Counted from the first letter of the stretch, positions 9,144-16,830 are shown. The stretch: DNA of 17,132 bases from Gemmatimonadota bacterium (GCA_039591655.1 JBDHDE010000054.1:1-17132), one strand, 5' to 3'. Numbers and translations: made by a program. Notes: generated by a model not told the origin, from the sequence alone.

Positions 9144-9182
9144 GTGCTGCCGCTCGGCAGCGCCCGAGCGCAGCGTCTTGAG

Positions 9183-9584
9183 TCAGTCTGTGGGCTGAGG
9201 CCACGCGATCATTACCACACTTTCCGTCTCATCGTACTTGACAACGATGGTGACCTCTCGATCGCCCCTCTGGGTTTCCAGGGTCGCCGTCATCGCACCC
9301 AAGTTCACCTCCGACACGCTAGTCCAGTCCCTGTTCGCGGGCCGCGAGATGATGTCAGCCAGCTCAAGTGTTTGTTGCTCGTCTCCAATCTCCATGATCA
9401 CGCGGGTCTCTTCAGCGCGCCACACACCCATGTCGACTCCCGAGTCGAGGACGGCCTTCCAGCCACCGCCCTCCAGTCTGCTGAATCGGATCATCGCCTG
9501 ATCGGAGCGTATTGTGAAGCTGCCAGCGTCTGGCGGTACGAAATGCACGCCGAGGAAGAACATGACCGTCATGATCACCGGCAT
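9183..9584 (-). CDS. Hypothetical protein with hydrophobic N-terminus, beta-rich (alternative start 9602)
   Basis: The ORF fills the gap between the half attC and the repeated block; AAAGGTGG lies upstream of ATG 9584; no family recognised. Confidence 0.6.
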   Translation of the reverse strand: MPVIMTVMFFLGVHFVPPDAGSFTIRSDQAMIRFSRLEGGGWKAVLDSGVDMGVWRAEETRVIMEIGDEQQTLELADIISRPANRDWTSVSEVNLGAMTATLETQRGDREVTIVVKYDETESVVMIAWPQPTD

Positions 9585-9628
9585 GGGATTCCCACCTTTC
9601 ATTTGAGAGGCAGCAACGCCGCGGCCAG

Positions 9629-9764
9629 GTGGGCGGGATTACCCTAAAAGAGTGCAGCCAAAACCCTCATTCGGCTAGGTCATCTGGGGGCATCGAGTGC
9701 CCCACCTACGAGGTCCCGGAATCCTGCAACAAGTCGGGTTCAATATCGGTGAGTTGTCTGGTGA
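9629..9764. repeat. Internally deleted copy of the 16709-17080 junction region
   Basis: 9629-9692 matches 16709-16772 at 56/64; the GGGGCA-N5-TGCCCC hairpin is conserved; 9713-9757 matches 17029-17073 at 40/45; the tRNA fragment in between is missing. Confidence 0.9.
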
Positions 9765-9894
9765 GTAGCCAAGGCCACAATGAATGCCCCTACCAGGGCT
9801 GACTGAGCGCTGCACGTAAGTTCGACAGACCCGCTTCACAATCCGCTTGCACACCGGCTCCCAAGCTGCACCTTTAAGGAGGAGTGTGAGAGGC

Positions 9895-10731
9895 ATGAGA
9901 ACGGTTCTGACCTACGTTCTGATCGCCGGGTTGCTGTCGACGAACGCAAGCACGCAGGCAGTCCCCGGTCAGGGTGGCGACCACGCGACCGTGTGGTACC
10001 TGCGCCATGCAGCCTGGGCGGTACGCCTTGGCGGCGCGCTGCTGGTCTTCGATTACCAAGAGTCGCTTGGGATGGAAGACGTCACTGCCGACACTCCGCG
10101 CAATCTCGAGAATGGACTCATCGATCCTCGAGAGATCAGCGATCTCGACGTGTTCGTCTTCGTGACACACGCCCACGGTGACCATTACGACCCCGCTATC
10201 TTCGAGTGGCAGGGCGAGATCGAGAACCTCACATACTTCATCGGGTGGGACGAACAGCCGGAGTCGCACTGTGAACGGTTCACCGGAGCCGACGCCGACT
10301 GTCACACCATGGGGGGATTGCGGGCAACGGTCGAGTCGGGTGACATCCAGGTCTACACTATCGATTCCGATCATAACGACATTCCCGAAGTGGCATACCT
10401 GGTCCGCTACGGTGACTGGATTGTGTATCACAACGGCGACTACATGGCCGAGCACGTTGATGACTACGCCTATCTTAAGACGATCAGCGACCGAATCGAC
10501 GTGGCGTTCGTGGCTGGGCTTCCGGGCCACAGATGGCCTCACTTGGCTCGGGCCGTTCACCTGGCTCGCGAGTTTGATGTGCCGGTGCTGTTCTCGATGC
10601 ACTTCCGCGATCGTGAGATGTGTGAGCGTTTCGTGGCTGAGGTGGCGGCGCAGGGTGTGAGCGCCGAGGTCAAGTGCCCGACGGCGCGGGGGCAGCGGTT
10701 CGTGGTGGCGAAGGGCGGTAGCGGGCGGTAG
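9895..10731 (+). CDS. Secreted MBL-fold metallo-hydrolase (UlaG/YtkL-like)
   Basis: HxHxDH motif THAHGDH; YHNGD; FSMHF; signal peptide; AAGGAGG/GAGAGG upstream of ATG 9895. Confidence 0.88.
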   Translation: MRTVLTYVLIAGLLSTNASTQAVPGQGGDHATVWYLRHAAWAVRLGGALLVFDYQESLGMEDVTADTPRNLENGLIDPREISDLDVFVFVTHAHGDHYDPAIFEWQGEIENLTYFIGWDEQPESHCERFTGADADCHTMGGLRATVESGDIQVYTIDSDHNDIPEVAYLVRYGDWIVYHNGDYMAEHVDDYAYLKTISDRIDVAFVAGLPGHRWPHLARAVHLAREFDVPVLFSMHFRDREMCERFVAEVAAQGVSAEVKCPTARGQRFVVAKGGSGR

Positions 10732-10760
10732 GGCGACCTTGGGGCTTGACCTCCGCTGTG

Positions 10761-10783
10761 GCTACCAGCTATCAGCTATCAGC
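10761..10783. repeat. Short heptamer tandem repeat (GCTAYCA x3)
   Basis: gctacca-gctatca-gctatca-gc between convergent genes. Confidence 0.6.
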
Positions 10784-10814
10784 CGGGAGGTGACTGCTCT
10801 CGAGGATGTGGATC

Positions 10815-13616
10815 CTATGCGCCTCTCTTGCCCATAACGGCGCTAAGTACCTTCTCTGCCGTTATCGGCAGATCATAGATCCTCACCCCGGTTGCGTCGG
10901 CGACCGCGTTGGCTATCGCACCCAAGACCGGCAGTGTTGCTCCCTCTCCAACCTCTTTGGCTCCAAAGGGCCCCTCTGGCTCGTAGCTGTCCACGAGCGA
11001 GCAATCGATGACGGGAGAGTCCATCGTCGTCGCCATCAAGTAGTTGTGCAAATCCGCATTGACAATCTTGCCGTTGCTATCGAATACCTCATTCTCAAGA
11101 AGCGTCTCGCTCAGGCCCATGACCACCGCACCTTCGACTTGTCCTTCAACGGCCAAGGGATTGATGGCGGTGCCGCAGTCGTGGGCGTCCCAGAAGTTGA
11201 GGACTTTGACCTTGCCGGTTTCCATGTCCACCTCGACTTCACACACGGCGGCAGAGAATGAGTAGGCAGGCGACGTGCCTACGGCGGCTCCTTTGTACTT
11301 GCCGCCTAACCCCCTCGGTGGCGAATAGTGACCTTTGCCAACCAGTGGACCATTCTCCGCAAAGAACGCGGTGGCCGCTTCGTGCCAGGAGATCGCCTTT
11401 TCAGGATCATCTTTGACGAACACCTTGTTGGCTCTCGCGTCCAACCTCTCTTTCGGCACTTCGAGTAGCTCCGCCGCTGCGGACAGAACCTGCGCCTTGA
11501 CTTCTTCACCGGCCATTTGGGACGCGTTGCCACCCATCAAGGTCACGCGACTGGAGTAGGCGCCGAATCCTAAAGGCGTCGTATCACTGTCTGCGGAGAC
11601 GACGTCGACACGATCAAGCGTGATGCCCATGGCCTCCGCCGCCATTTGCGCGAGCACGGTATCGGCGCCCTGTCCGATGTCCGCCTCGCCGCTGAACAGG
11701 ACGGCTTTCGATCCATCTTCCGCGACCTTGATCATCGCGTTGGAATGGGGGAACCGCGACCGGTAGATAGGGTACCCTGCGCCCGATACGAAGCCCCCGC
11801 ATCCGATACCGATGCCCCTCCCGCGAGGGAGCTTGCCCTTCTTATCGTCCCAGCCGGACTTCTCACGGACTCGCTCGAGACATGCCTTGAACTCGCACGA
11901 ATGGACGTCGAGATCGTTGCAGGTACGCGTCTCCGGTTCCATGGCATTCTTCACACGTATCTCAATGGGATCCATCCCGATGTCGTCCGCAATCATGCTG
12001 AGGAGGGACTCGAACGCAAATCGCGGATGAGGACAGCCGTGACCACGCATGGCACCGCAGGGAGGGAGATTCGTGTTCACACGGTACCCGTCATACTTGT
12101 AGTTGTGAATCTTGTAAAGCGTCGGAATCATGGAACCCGCATAATACGCGGTCACGACACCGAAGCTCGAATAGGCTCCTCCCTCGAGTACGGCCTTCTG
12201 CTTGACCGCCGTGATCGTGCCGTCCTGCTTGACGCCAATCGTCAAGTCGATGGTCTGCTTATGGCGCCCCCTTCCATAGAAGTACATCTCTGCGCGACTG
12301 AACCGCATCTTGACCGGGCGTCCTGCCTTCTTCGATAAGAGGATCGAGACGATCTCCAGGGGGTTGGTCGCCGCCTTCGCACCGAAGCCACCGCCGGTAT
12401 TGTGCATGACGACCCGAATCCTGCCTAGAGGGATTCCCAGGACCCGGGACAGCTGGTGGTGCACGTAATGGACGACCTGCGTCGAGGTGTAGAGCGTGAC
12501 CTTACCATGGTCGTCCCATTCGGCAATGGCGCAGTGGGGCTCCATGGGGTTCTGGCAGACTCGATTCCCCACGAATGTCGCTGTTCTTACGTGATCCGCC
12601 TCCGCGAGTCCCTTTTCGACGTCCCCGAAGTGGTGATCCACGCGCGTGTTGATGTTGTTCTCGTATTTGTGGTCAAAGAGTCTGGGAGCACCCTCTTTCA
12701 TGGCTTGGTGAGGGTCGAAGACGGCGGGAAGCTCTTCGTACTCGACATCAATCAGGTTGAGAGCCTTGTAGCAGGTTTCCTCGTCCACAGCCGCAACAGC
12801 CGCAACCACATCGCCCACGAACCGCACCTTGTCCTTCGCCAGAACGGTCTCGTCGTAACGCGCCGGGGAGGTGCCATAGGTGATGTCCGGCGTGTCCCGT
12901 CCTGTCATCACTGCATGAACACCACGAAGTGCCTCCGCCTTCCTGGTGTCGACTGACGTGATGTTGGCGTGAGGAACGGGGCTCAGGAGGAGCTTCCCAT
13001 AGATCATGTTTGGCAGAACAATGTCGTCTGTGTAGACTGCTCTACCGGTTGCCTTCGCGGGTGCATCGGGTTTCGGGAGACGTTTCCCGACCACCGAGAG
13101 CCCGGCCGCCGACTCTTGCGTGGGGATATCCGACTTTCCAGGCTCCTGGCCTCGAAGGTAGAGGGCGGCTGACTGTGCCGCCTCGATGATCTTCGTGTAC
13201 CCCGTGCATCGGCAGAGATTCCCACTGAGCGCCGCCCTTATCTCATCAGCCGTCGGTTGGGGATTGGCATCGAGGAGAGCCTTGGTGCGCACCACCAGTC
13301 CTGGCGTACAGAACCCACACTGGATAGCACCAGCCTCCACCAAGGCTCGTTGAACGGGATGAAGTCCGTCGCCGCTGGCTATTCCCTCGATGGTGGTGAC
13401 TTGCCTCCCCTCGGCCTCGAGAGCGAGCATCAGACACGAGTTCACCGCTCTGCCATCCACGAGCACCGTACAAGCTCCACAGTCGCCCAGCTCACAGCCC
13501 CTCTTCGCTCCGGTCAATCGGAGCTCGTCACGAAGCACATCGAGCAGCGTGGCCCCAGGCCTCACCGCTACTTCCTGAGCGCTGGCGTTGACCGTTAGGG
13601 CGACAATCTGCTTCAT
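10815..13616 (-). CDS. Xanthine oxidase-family molybdoenzyme: 2x[2Fe-2S] domain fused to the molybdopterin-binding large subunit (resembles 4-hydroxybenzoyl-CoA reductase alpha)
   Basis: GCELGDCGACTV..C, QCGFCTPG, GNLCRCTGY; Mo-binding motifs TSTQ, GGGFGAK, GAMRGHG, GQG, AYSSR; GPFGAKEVGE with the conserved Glu. Confidence 0.93.
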   Translation of the reverse strand: MKQIVALTVNASAQEVAVRPGATLLDVLRDELRLTGAKRGCELGDCGACTVLVDGRAVNSCLMLALEAEGRQVTTIEGIASGDGLHPVQRALVEAGAIQCGFCTPGLVVRTKALLDANPQPTADEIRAALSGNLCRCTGYTKIIEAAQSAALYLRGQEPGKSDIPTQESAAGLSVVGKRLPKPDAPAKATGRAVYTDDIVLPNMIYGKLLLSPVPHANITSVDTRKAEALRGVHAVMTGRDTPDITYGTSPARYDETVLAKDKVRFVGDVVAAVAAVDEETCYKALNLIDVEYEELPAVFDPHQAMKEGAPRLFDHKYENNINTRVDHHFGDVEKGLAEADHVRTATFVGNRVCQNPMEPHCAIAEWDDHGKVTLYTSTQVVHYVHHQLSRVLGIPLGRIRVVMHNTGGGFGAKAATNPLEIVSILLSKKAGRPVKMRFSRAEMYFYGRGRHKQTIDLTIGVKQDGTITAVKQKAVLEGGAYSSFGVVTAYYAGSMIPTLYKIHNYKYDGYRVNTNLPPCGAMRGHGCPHPRFAFESLLSMIADDIGMDPIEIRVKNAMEPETRTCNDLDVHSCEFKACLERVREKSGWDDKKGKLPRGRGIGIGCGGFVSGAGYPIYRSRFPHSNAMIKVAEDGSKAVLFSGEADIGQGADTVLAQMAAEAMGITLDRVDVVSADSDTTPLGFGAYSSRVTLMGGNASQMAGEEVKAQVLSAAAELLEVPKERLDARANKVFVKDDPEKAISWHEAATAFFAENGPLVGKGHYSPPRGLGGKYKGAAVGTSPAYSFSAAVCEVEVDMETGKVKVLNFWDAHDCGTAINPLAVEGQVEGAVVMGLSETLLENEVFDSNGKIVNADLHNYLMATTMDSPVIDCSLVDSYEPEGPFGAKEVGEGATLPVLGAIANAVADATGVRIYDLPITAEKVLSAVMGKRGA

Positions 13617-13631
13617 CCCGAATACCTCGTC

Positions 13632-14513
13632 CTACCTTCTCACGCGACCAAGGGCCACACTGAGTGCGCGGCGGGCGAGAATCGCGGTGATCTCCCGGCG
13701 GAACTCCGCGCTACCACGGATATCGGCGATAGGCTCAGCGTCCTCTGCAACGGCTTGTCCGACCAGTTTCGATAGAGCACTTCCCTCCGCAATATCCGAA
13801 ATCGGTTTGCCTCTTATGAGCTCCACCGCACTAGTTGAGACTTTCGGAGTCGGAGCCACCGCTCCCATGACGAAGCGCACGTCCTGACACTGCTCGCCGA
13901 CGACTCGGACCACGACTGCAATGGAGGCGACTGCTACGTTGGCCGCTTCTCGCAAGCCGAACTTCTTGAAAGCTGCCCCCGTTCCCGGTCCAGGGATAGG
14001 AACGATAATCCTTCTCAGTATCTCGCCCCTCTTGAGCGCTGCCTTCCGGTGATCGACGAAGAACTCCGCAAGTGGGAGCGTCCTCTGTCCTTGGCTGCCG
14101 CACATCTCGATTTCCGCACCGAGCGCGATGAGTATCGGAGCAGAATCTGCGCAAGATGCCGCGGTACAGAGGTTACCCCCAACGGTAGCCGTATTTCTTA
14201 TCTGTTCCGTGGCGATGGCCTCAGCTGCCTCGCTAAGGGCGTAACAGTGCTCTTGGATGAGCGATGAATGGATGAGTTGATTGTGGGTAACGGCTGCACC
14301 GATGACTAGTGTGTGCTCCTGCACGCCAATGGAGCGTAGTTCCTGTATGCGCGTCAGGGAGATGACATCCTGATGAAAGCGCTTTCCCTGCTTCAGCTCT
14401 ACGAGTAGATCGGTGCCACCAGCAAGAAGGACACCGTTTGGACTCGTCTCCAGAAGATGACAGGCCTCGCCGAGTGTCTCGGGCCGGTGATAGCGGAAAT
14501 CGGAGATGTACAC
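13632..14513 (-). CDS. FAD-binding medium subunit (CoxM/CutM-type) of a molybdenum hydroxylase; GTG start at 14513
   Basis: YHRPETL, LAGGTDLL, QIRNTATVGGNL, AD..P, GAVAPTP, PIADIRGSAEFRR. The ORF extension to 14567 only runs through the half attC. Confidence 0.92.
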   Translation of the reverse strand: MYISDFRYHRPETLGEACHLLETSPNGVLLAGGTDLLVELKQGKRFHQDVISLTRIQELRSIGVQEHTLVIGAAVTHNQLIHSSLIQEHCYALSEAAEAIATEQIRNTATVGGNLCTAASCADSAPILIALGAEIEMCGSQGQRTLPLAEFFVDHRKAALKRGEILRRIIVPIPGPGTGAAFKKFGLREAANVAVASIAVVVRVVGEQCQDVRFVMGAVAPTPKVSTSAVELIRGKPISDIAEGSALSKLVGQAVAEDAEPIADIRGSAEFRREITAILARRALSVALGRVRR

Positions 14514-14532
14514 GGTAGTTTCTCTTGGCTGG

Positions 14533-14562
14533 CGCCTCCGCAGCTGCATGCGCCTGTTAGGT
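14533..14562 (-). mobile_element. Half attC site (R''-L'') overlapping the stop codon of the SRPBCC-like gene
   Basis: Minus strand ACCTAAC-AGGCG-CATGCAGC-TGCGGAGGCG; the TAA in R'' is the gene's stop; R'' is the exact complement of GTTAGGT at the cassette start (15133-15127). Confidence 0.8.
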
Positions 14563-15120
14563 CGCACCCGCAGCGCTCGCGCGCGCAGAGAACCAGGGAT
14601 GTGTCCCGAACTGATCTCGAGGCACGGCCTCGCCTCGGGTCACGTACCACTCAAAGCCTCGCACAACTGATGACAAGTACTTCGTGAGCATGGGACGAAG
14701 GCGCAACCTGTGTGGGAGCCAGCGAATCACCACAGGCACCTGTTGCAGCACGTGCGGGTACACCGCAATTCGGAGCGTGGATTCGCCTGTGGCATTCGGG
14801 AGGATTCTCCACGAGACGAACGACATTCTGCCGGCACGCGTACCTATCTCAAGGTCATAGCCGACCCCGTCGATCCACCGACAGAACCGGCGCTCGAAGA
14901 CCCACCCACTGAGGTAGTGAATCTCATCCCGGGAGGCTTCACCAGGCCAGACATCTACAGGGTTCTTGGCACAGAACGGGTGACACAGCTCGAGATTCCC
15001 AGGAAGGGAGATAGCCTCCCACAGCTTATCCGCTGGTGCTGCGATTGGTGCCGCGACAGCAACTGGCCACTTGAAGCCTGGCTTCGGGTCATCCACCTCG
15101 GCGACTGGACGGACGGACAT
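14557..15120 (-). CDS. SRPBCC/START-like (polyketide cyclase-like) protein, gene cassette (187 aa)
   Basis: IAAPADKLWEAISLPGNLELCHPF N-terminal pattern and C-terminal helix; ATG 6 bp after GTTAGGT; stop inside ACCTAAC. Confidence 0.72.
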   Translation of the reverse strand: MSVRPVAEVDDPKPGFKWPVAVAAPIAAPADKLWEAISLPGNLELCHPFCAKNPVDVWPGEASRDEIHYLSGWVFERRFCRWIDGVGYDLEIGTRAGRMSFVSWRILPNATGESTLRIAVYPHVLQQVPVVIRWLPHRLRLRPMLTKYLSSVVRGFEWYVTRGEAVPRDQFGTHPWFSARASAAGAT

Positions 15121-15126
15121 GTGTCC

Positions 15127-15273
15127 ACCTAACGGTTTTCCCGCATGAGCTGCGGGCGACCCGCACTCGATGCGCAGCGTTGCCTGAGCGTTCATGGAGC
15201 TCGCCTGCCACTCCAACGGAACTCTCCCCTAGTCAACGTGTCACGCCTCCGCAGCTCCATGCGCGTGTCAGCC
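15127..15273 (-). mobile_element. Full-length attC site (147 bp), R'' mutated (GGCTGAC)
   Basis: + strand ACCTAAC-GGTTTTCCCG-CATGAGCTGCGGGCG ... CGCCTCCGCAGCTCCATG-CGCGT-GTCAGCC; arms pair with one extra base in L'' and further bulges. Confidence 0.85.
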
Positions 15274-15286
15274 GGCATTCGCCATG

Positions 15287-15469
15287 CTACTTCCGTCTCG
15301 CGCTGGTGAGACCGCCGCCCACCACAATGATGGTAGCTGCAGCGCCGCCACCAAGGATCAGCAACAGTTTGTCGTACAGCGGGGAGCCACGTGCAACTGA
15401 CGCAACTGCGGCGATCACGGCTGCCCAAATGATGGCGACTGCGATGAGGACGATACCGCTTCTTAGCAT
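15287..15469 (-). CDS. Small two-TM membrane protein (60 aa), gene cassette
   Basis: Two hydrophobic stretches, basic C-terminus; GGGGAG upstream; fills the space between two attC-like sites. Confidence 0.72.
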   Translation of the reverse strand: MLRSGIVLIAVAIIWAAVIAAVASVARGSPLYDKLLLILGGGAAATIIVVGGGLTSARRK

Positions 15470-15491
15470 ACGCCGGGCTCCCCTGTGGAAC

Positions 15492-15523
15492 GCCGTCTAA
15501 CGACTTCGCGCGGGTTAGACGGC
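15492..15523 (-). mobile_element. Collapsed mini-attC (R boxes only)
   Basis: Perfect 10-bp inverted repeat GCCGTCTAAC / GTTAGACGGC around 12 bp (GACTTCGCGCGG); no L boxes. Confidence 0.78.
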
Positions 15524-15527
15524 CCGC

Positions 15528-15701
15528 TTACTGATACCGGATCGCGTAGTAGATGACGTAGATCCATGACAAGATGCCGTGGATGATCGCCCAAATGATC
15601 GACTTGTTGGCGCTCCACGAGATCACGATGGCAAGAGCGGTGCCAAACCCGATCCCGACTTTAGCGGCGTCCTTGGAGCCAGCCATCCTTACCTCGGCCA
15701 T
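15528..15701 (-). CDS. Small membrane protein (57 aa; 52 aa from ATG 15686), gene cassette, not in the ORF track
   Basis: MAEVRMAGSKDAAKVGIGFGTALAIVISWSANKSIIWAIIHGILSWIYVIYYAIRYQ*; AAGGA/GAGGT SD candidates; bounded by GTTAGAC and GTCTAAC. Confidence 0.8.
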   Translation of the reverse strand: MAEVRMAGSKDAAKVGIGFGTALAIVISWSANKSIIWAIIHGILSWIYVIYYAIRYQ

Positions 15702-15723
15702 GTGGTAAGTCCTTTGCGGGTCC

Positions 15724-15873
15724 GTCTAACGGTTTCGCGCATCACCTGCGGGCGTTCTCCCCGCCAGGCGCGCTGTTTGATCAATGACCGGACCTGGATG
15801 GCCCGAGGCGCTCATATCAACGACTTCCTTTAGAAACGTGCTGCGCCTCCACAGGTGCATGTGCGTGGCAGAC
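15724..15873 (-). mobile_element. Full-length attC site (150 bp), R'' mutated (GTCTGCC)
   Basis: + strand GTCTAAC-GGTTTCGCG-CATCACCTGCGGGCG ... CGCCTCCACAGGTGCATG-TGCGT-GGCAGAC; the L arms co-vary relative to the 15127 site. Confidence 0.85.
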
Positions 15874-15881
15874 GGCAAACC

Positions 15882-16556
15882 TCACTTCTGGTCCGTGAGG
15901 GCCCAACCACGGGAGGTTCGGATGACGAGCGTGGTGTCCTGGTAATAATCCGTGAACGGCCAGACGCGCGTCAGCCGGATCGTGTCCAGCGATTGCCAGA
16001 GCACCTCCTGCGGCTCCCACTGCTCAGGCTCCACGGACCATTCCCGCACGAGGGTGTCACCACTGACGGCCCAGATGGTCAGCCGGTTTGGCCCGTACTG
16101 CGCCTCCAAATCCCCCGACGCGACGGCGAAACGGCTGCCATCGGGCGAGGGTGCCGGGACGTCATCCACGGCGAACACTGTTCCCGTCTCGGCGTGCACC
16201 AATCGCACCGAACTACCCTCAAAGTACTGCACCCACAAGGTGTGGTACGGCGGCTCCCTAAAGGTGCCGATGTACCAGGCCCGACTTTGCCACGAGGGGT
16301 GGCCGACCGCCCGCGGCGTGCAGCCAGACCACCCCTGGCCAGTGAAGCAGATGCTGTCCTCCGATACTCGAATGACTCCGGCGGCCACACCCAGCTTGTC
16401 TTCTTGGATCGCTGCGGCACACCGCTCGCTATTGTGGATCTCCTGGCACAGACCGCGTCCCCATGTGACGTCTGTGACTGGTGGGTAGGGCTGTTGCTCC
16501 GCGCACGCAGAGAAGCCGGCAATGGCCAGAAGCAAGATGAGTCGGGATACGTTCAC
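15882..16556 (-). CDS. Hypothetical lipoprotein (224 aa), first cassette of the array; GTG start at 16556
   Basis: MNVSRLILLLAIAGFSAC lipobox; SPDGSRFAV beta-blade-like motif; start 8 bp after GTTAGGC. Confidence 0.75.
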   Translation of the reverse strand: MNVSRLILLLAIAGFSACAEQQPYPPVTDVTWGRGLCQEIHNSERCAAAIQEDKLGVAAGVIRVSEDSICFTGQGWSGCTPRAVGHPSWQSRAWYIGTFREPPYHTLWVQYFEGSSVRLVHAETGTVFAVDDVPAPSPDGSRFAVASGDLEAQYGPNRLTIWAVSGDTLVREWSVEPEQWEPQEVLWQSLDTIRLTRVWPFTDYYQDTTLVIRTSRGWALTDQK

Positions 16557-16564
16557 GGTTTGCC

Positions 16565-16590
16565 GCCTAACTCCCAATATCGGGCTTCCT
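16565..16590 (-). mobile_element. Candidate attI site
   Basis: Minus strand GAAGCCCGATATTGGGA-G|TTAGGC precedes the first cassette; a perfect core with none of the L-box arm sequence of the local attC family. Confidence 0.45.
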
Positions 16591-16708
16591 CTCCCGCATC
16601 CCTGCACCCAACGACCACATAATCGCTCTTCTCCCACACATACGCAGCGCAGGGTGTCCGATAATGCGCCGTCGGATAACGTGGCATCTGCTGCGTCCGC
16701 GGTGCCGT

Positions 16709-16783
16709 GTGGGCGGGATTACCCCGATAGAGTGCAGCCGGGACCCTGATTCGGCTAGGTCATCTTGGGGCAGGAGCTGCCCC
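16709..16783. repeat. Conserved non-coding block, second copy at 9629-9703
   Basis: 56/64 identity plus a conserved GGGGCA-N5-TGCCCC hairpin. Confidence 0.85.
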
Positions 16784-16830
16784 GTCTGGGACATGACTCC
16801 ACCGGCCGGTCATGACTACTGGAGAAAGTC

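Noticed and set aside
9895..10731. Antibiotic-resistance metallo-beta-lactamase
   Set aside because: HxHxDH is shared by the whole superfamily; the overall pattern fits non-lactamase hydrolases.
10815..13616. Call as CO dehydrogenase (coxL), xanthine dehydrogenase or definitive hcrA
   Set aside because: The active-site loop GAMRGHG is not the CODH or XDH signature, and the partner lacks the HcrB [4Fe-4S] insert, so no gene symbol was assigned.
15121..15216. N-terminal extensions of ORFs 14557-15216, 13632-14567 and 15882-16637
   Set aside because: They run through att sites; family similarity or signal peptides begin at downstream starts.
14533..15876. CRISPR array
   Set aside because: The repeats are long imperfect palindromes separated by whole genes, not identical direct repeats with uniform spacers.
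16612..16680. dif/XerCD-like site (ACATAA-N6-TT; TCCGATAAT...TCGGATAAC)
   Set aside because: Only about half of the arm positions match the E. coli dif consensus; too weak to call.
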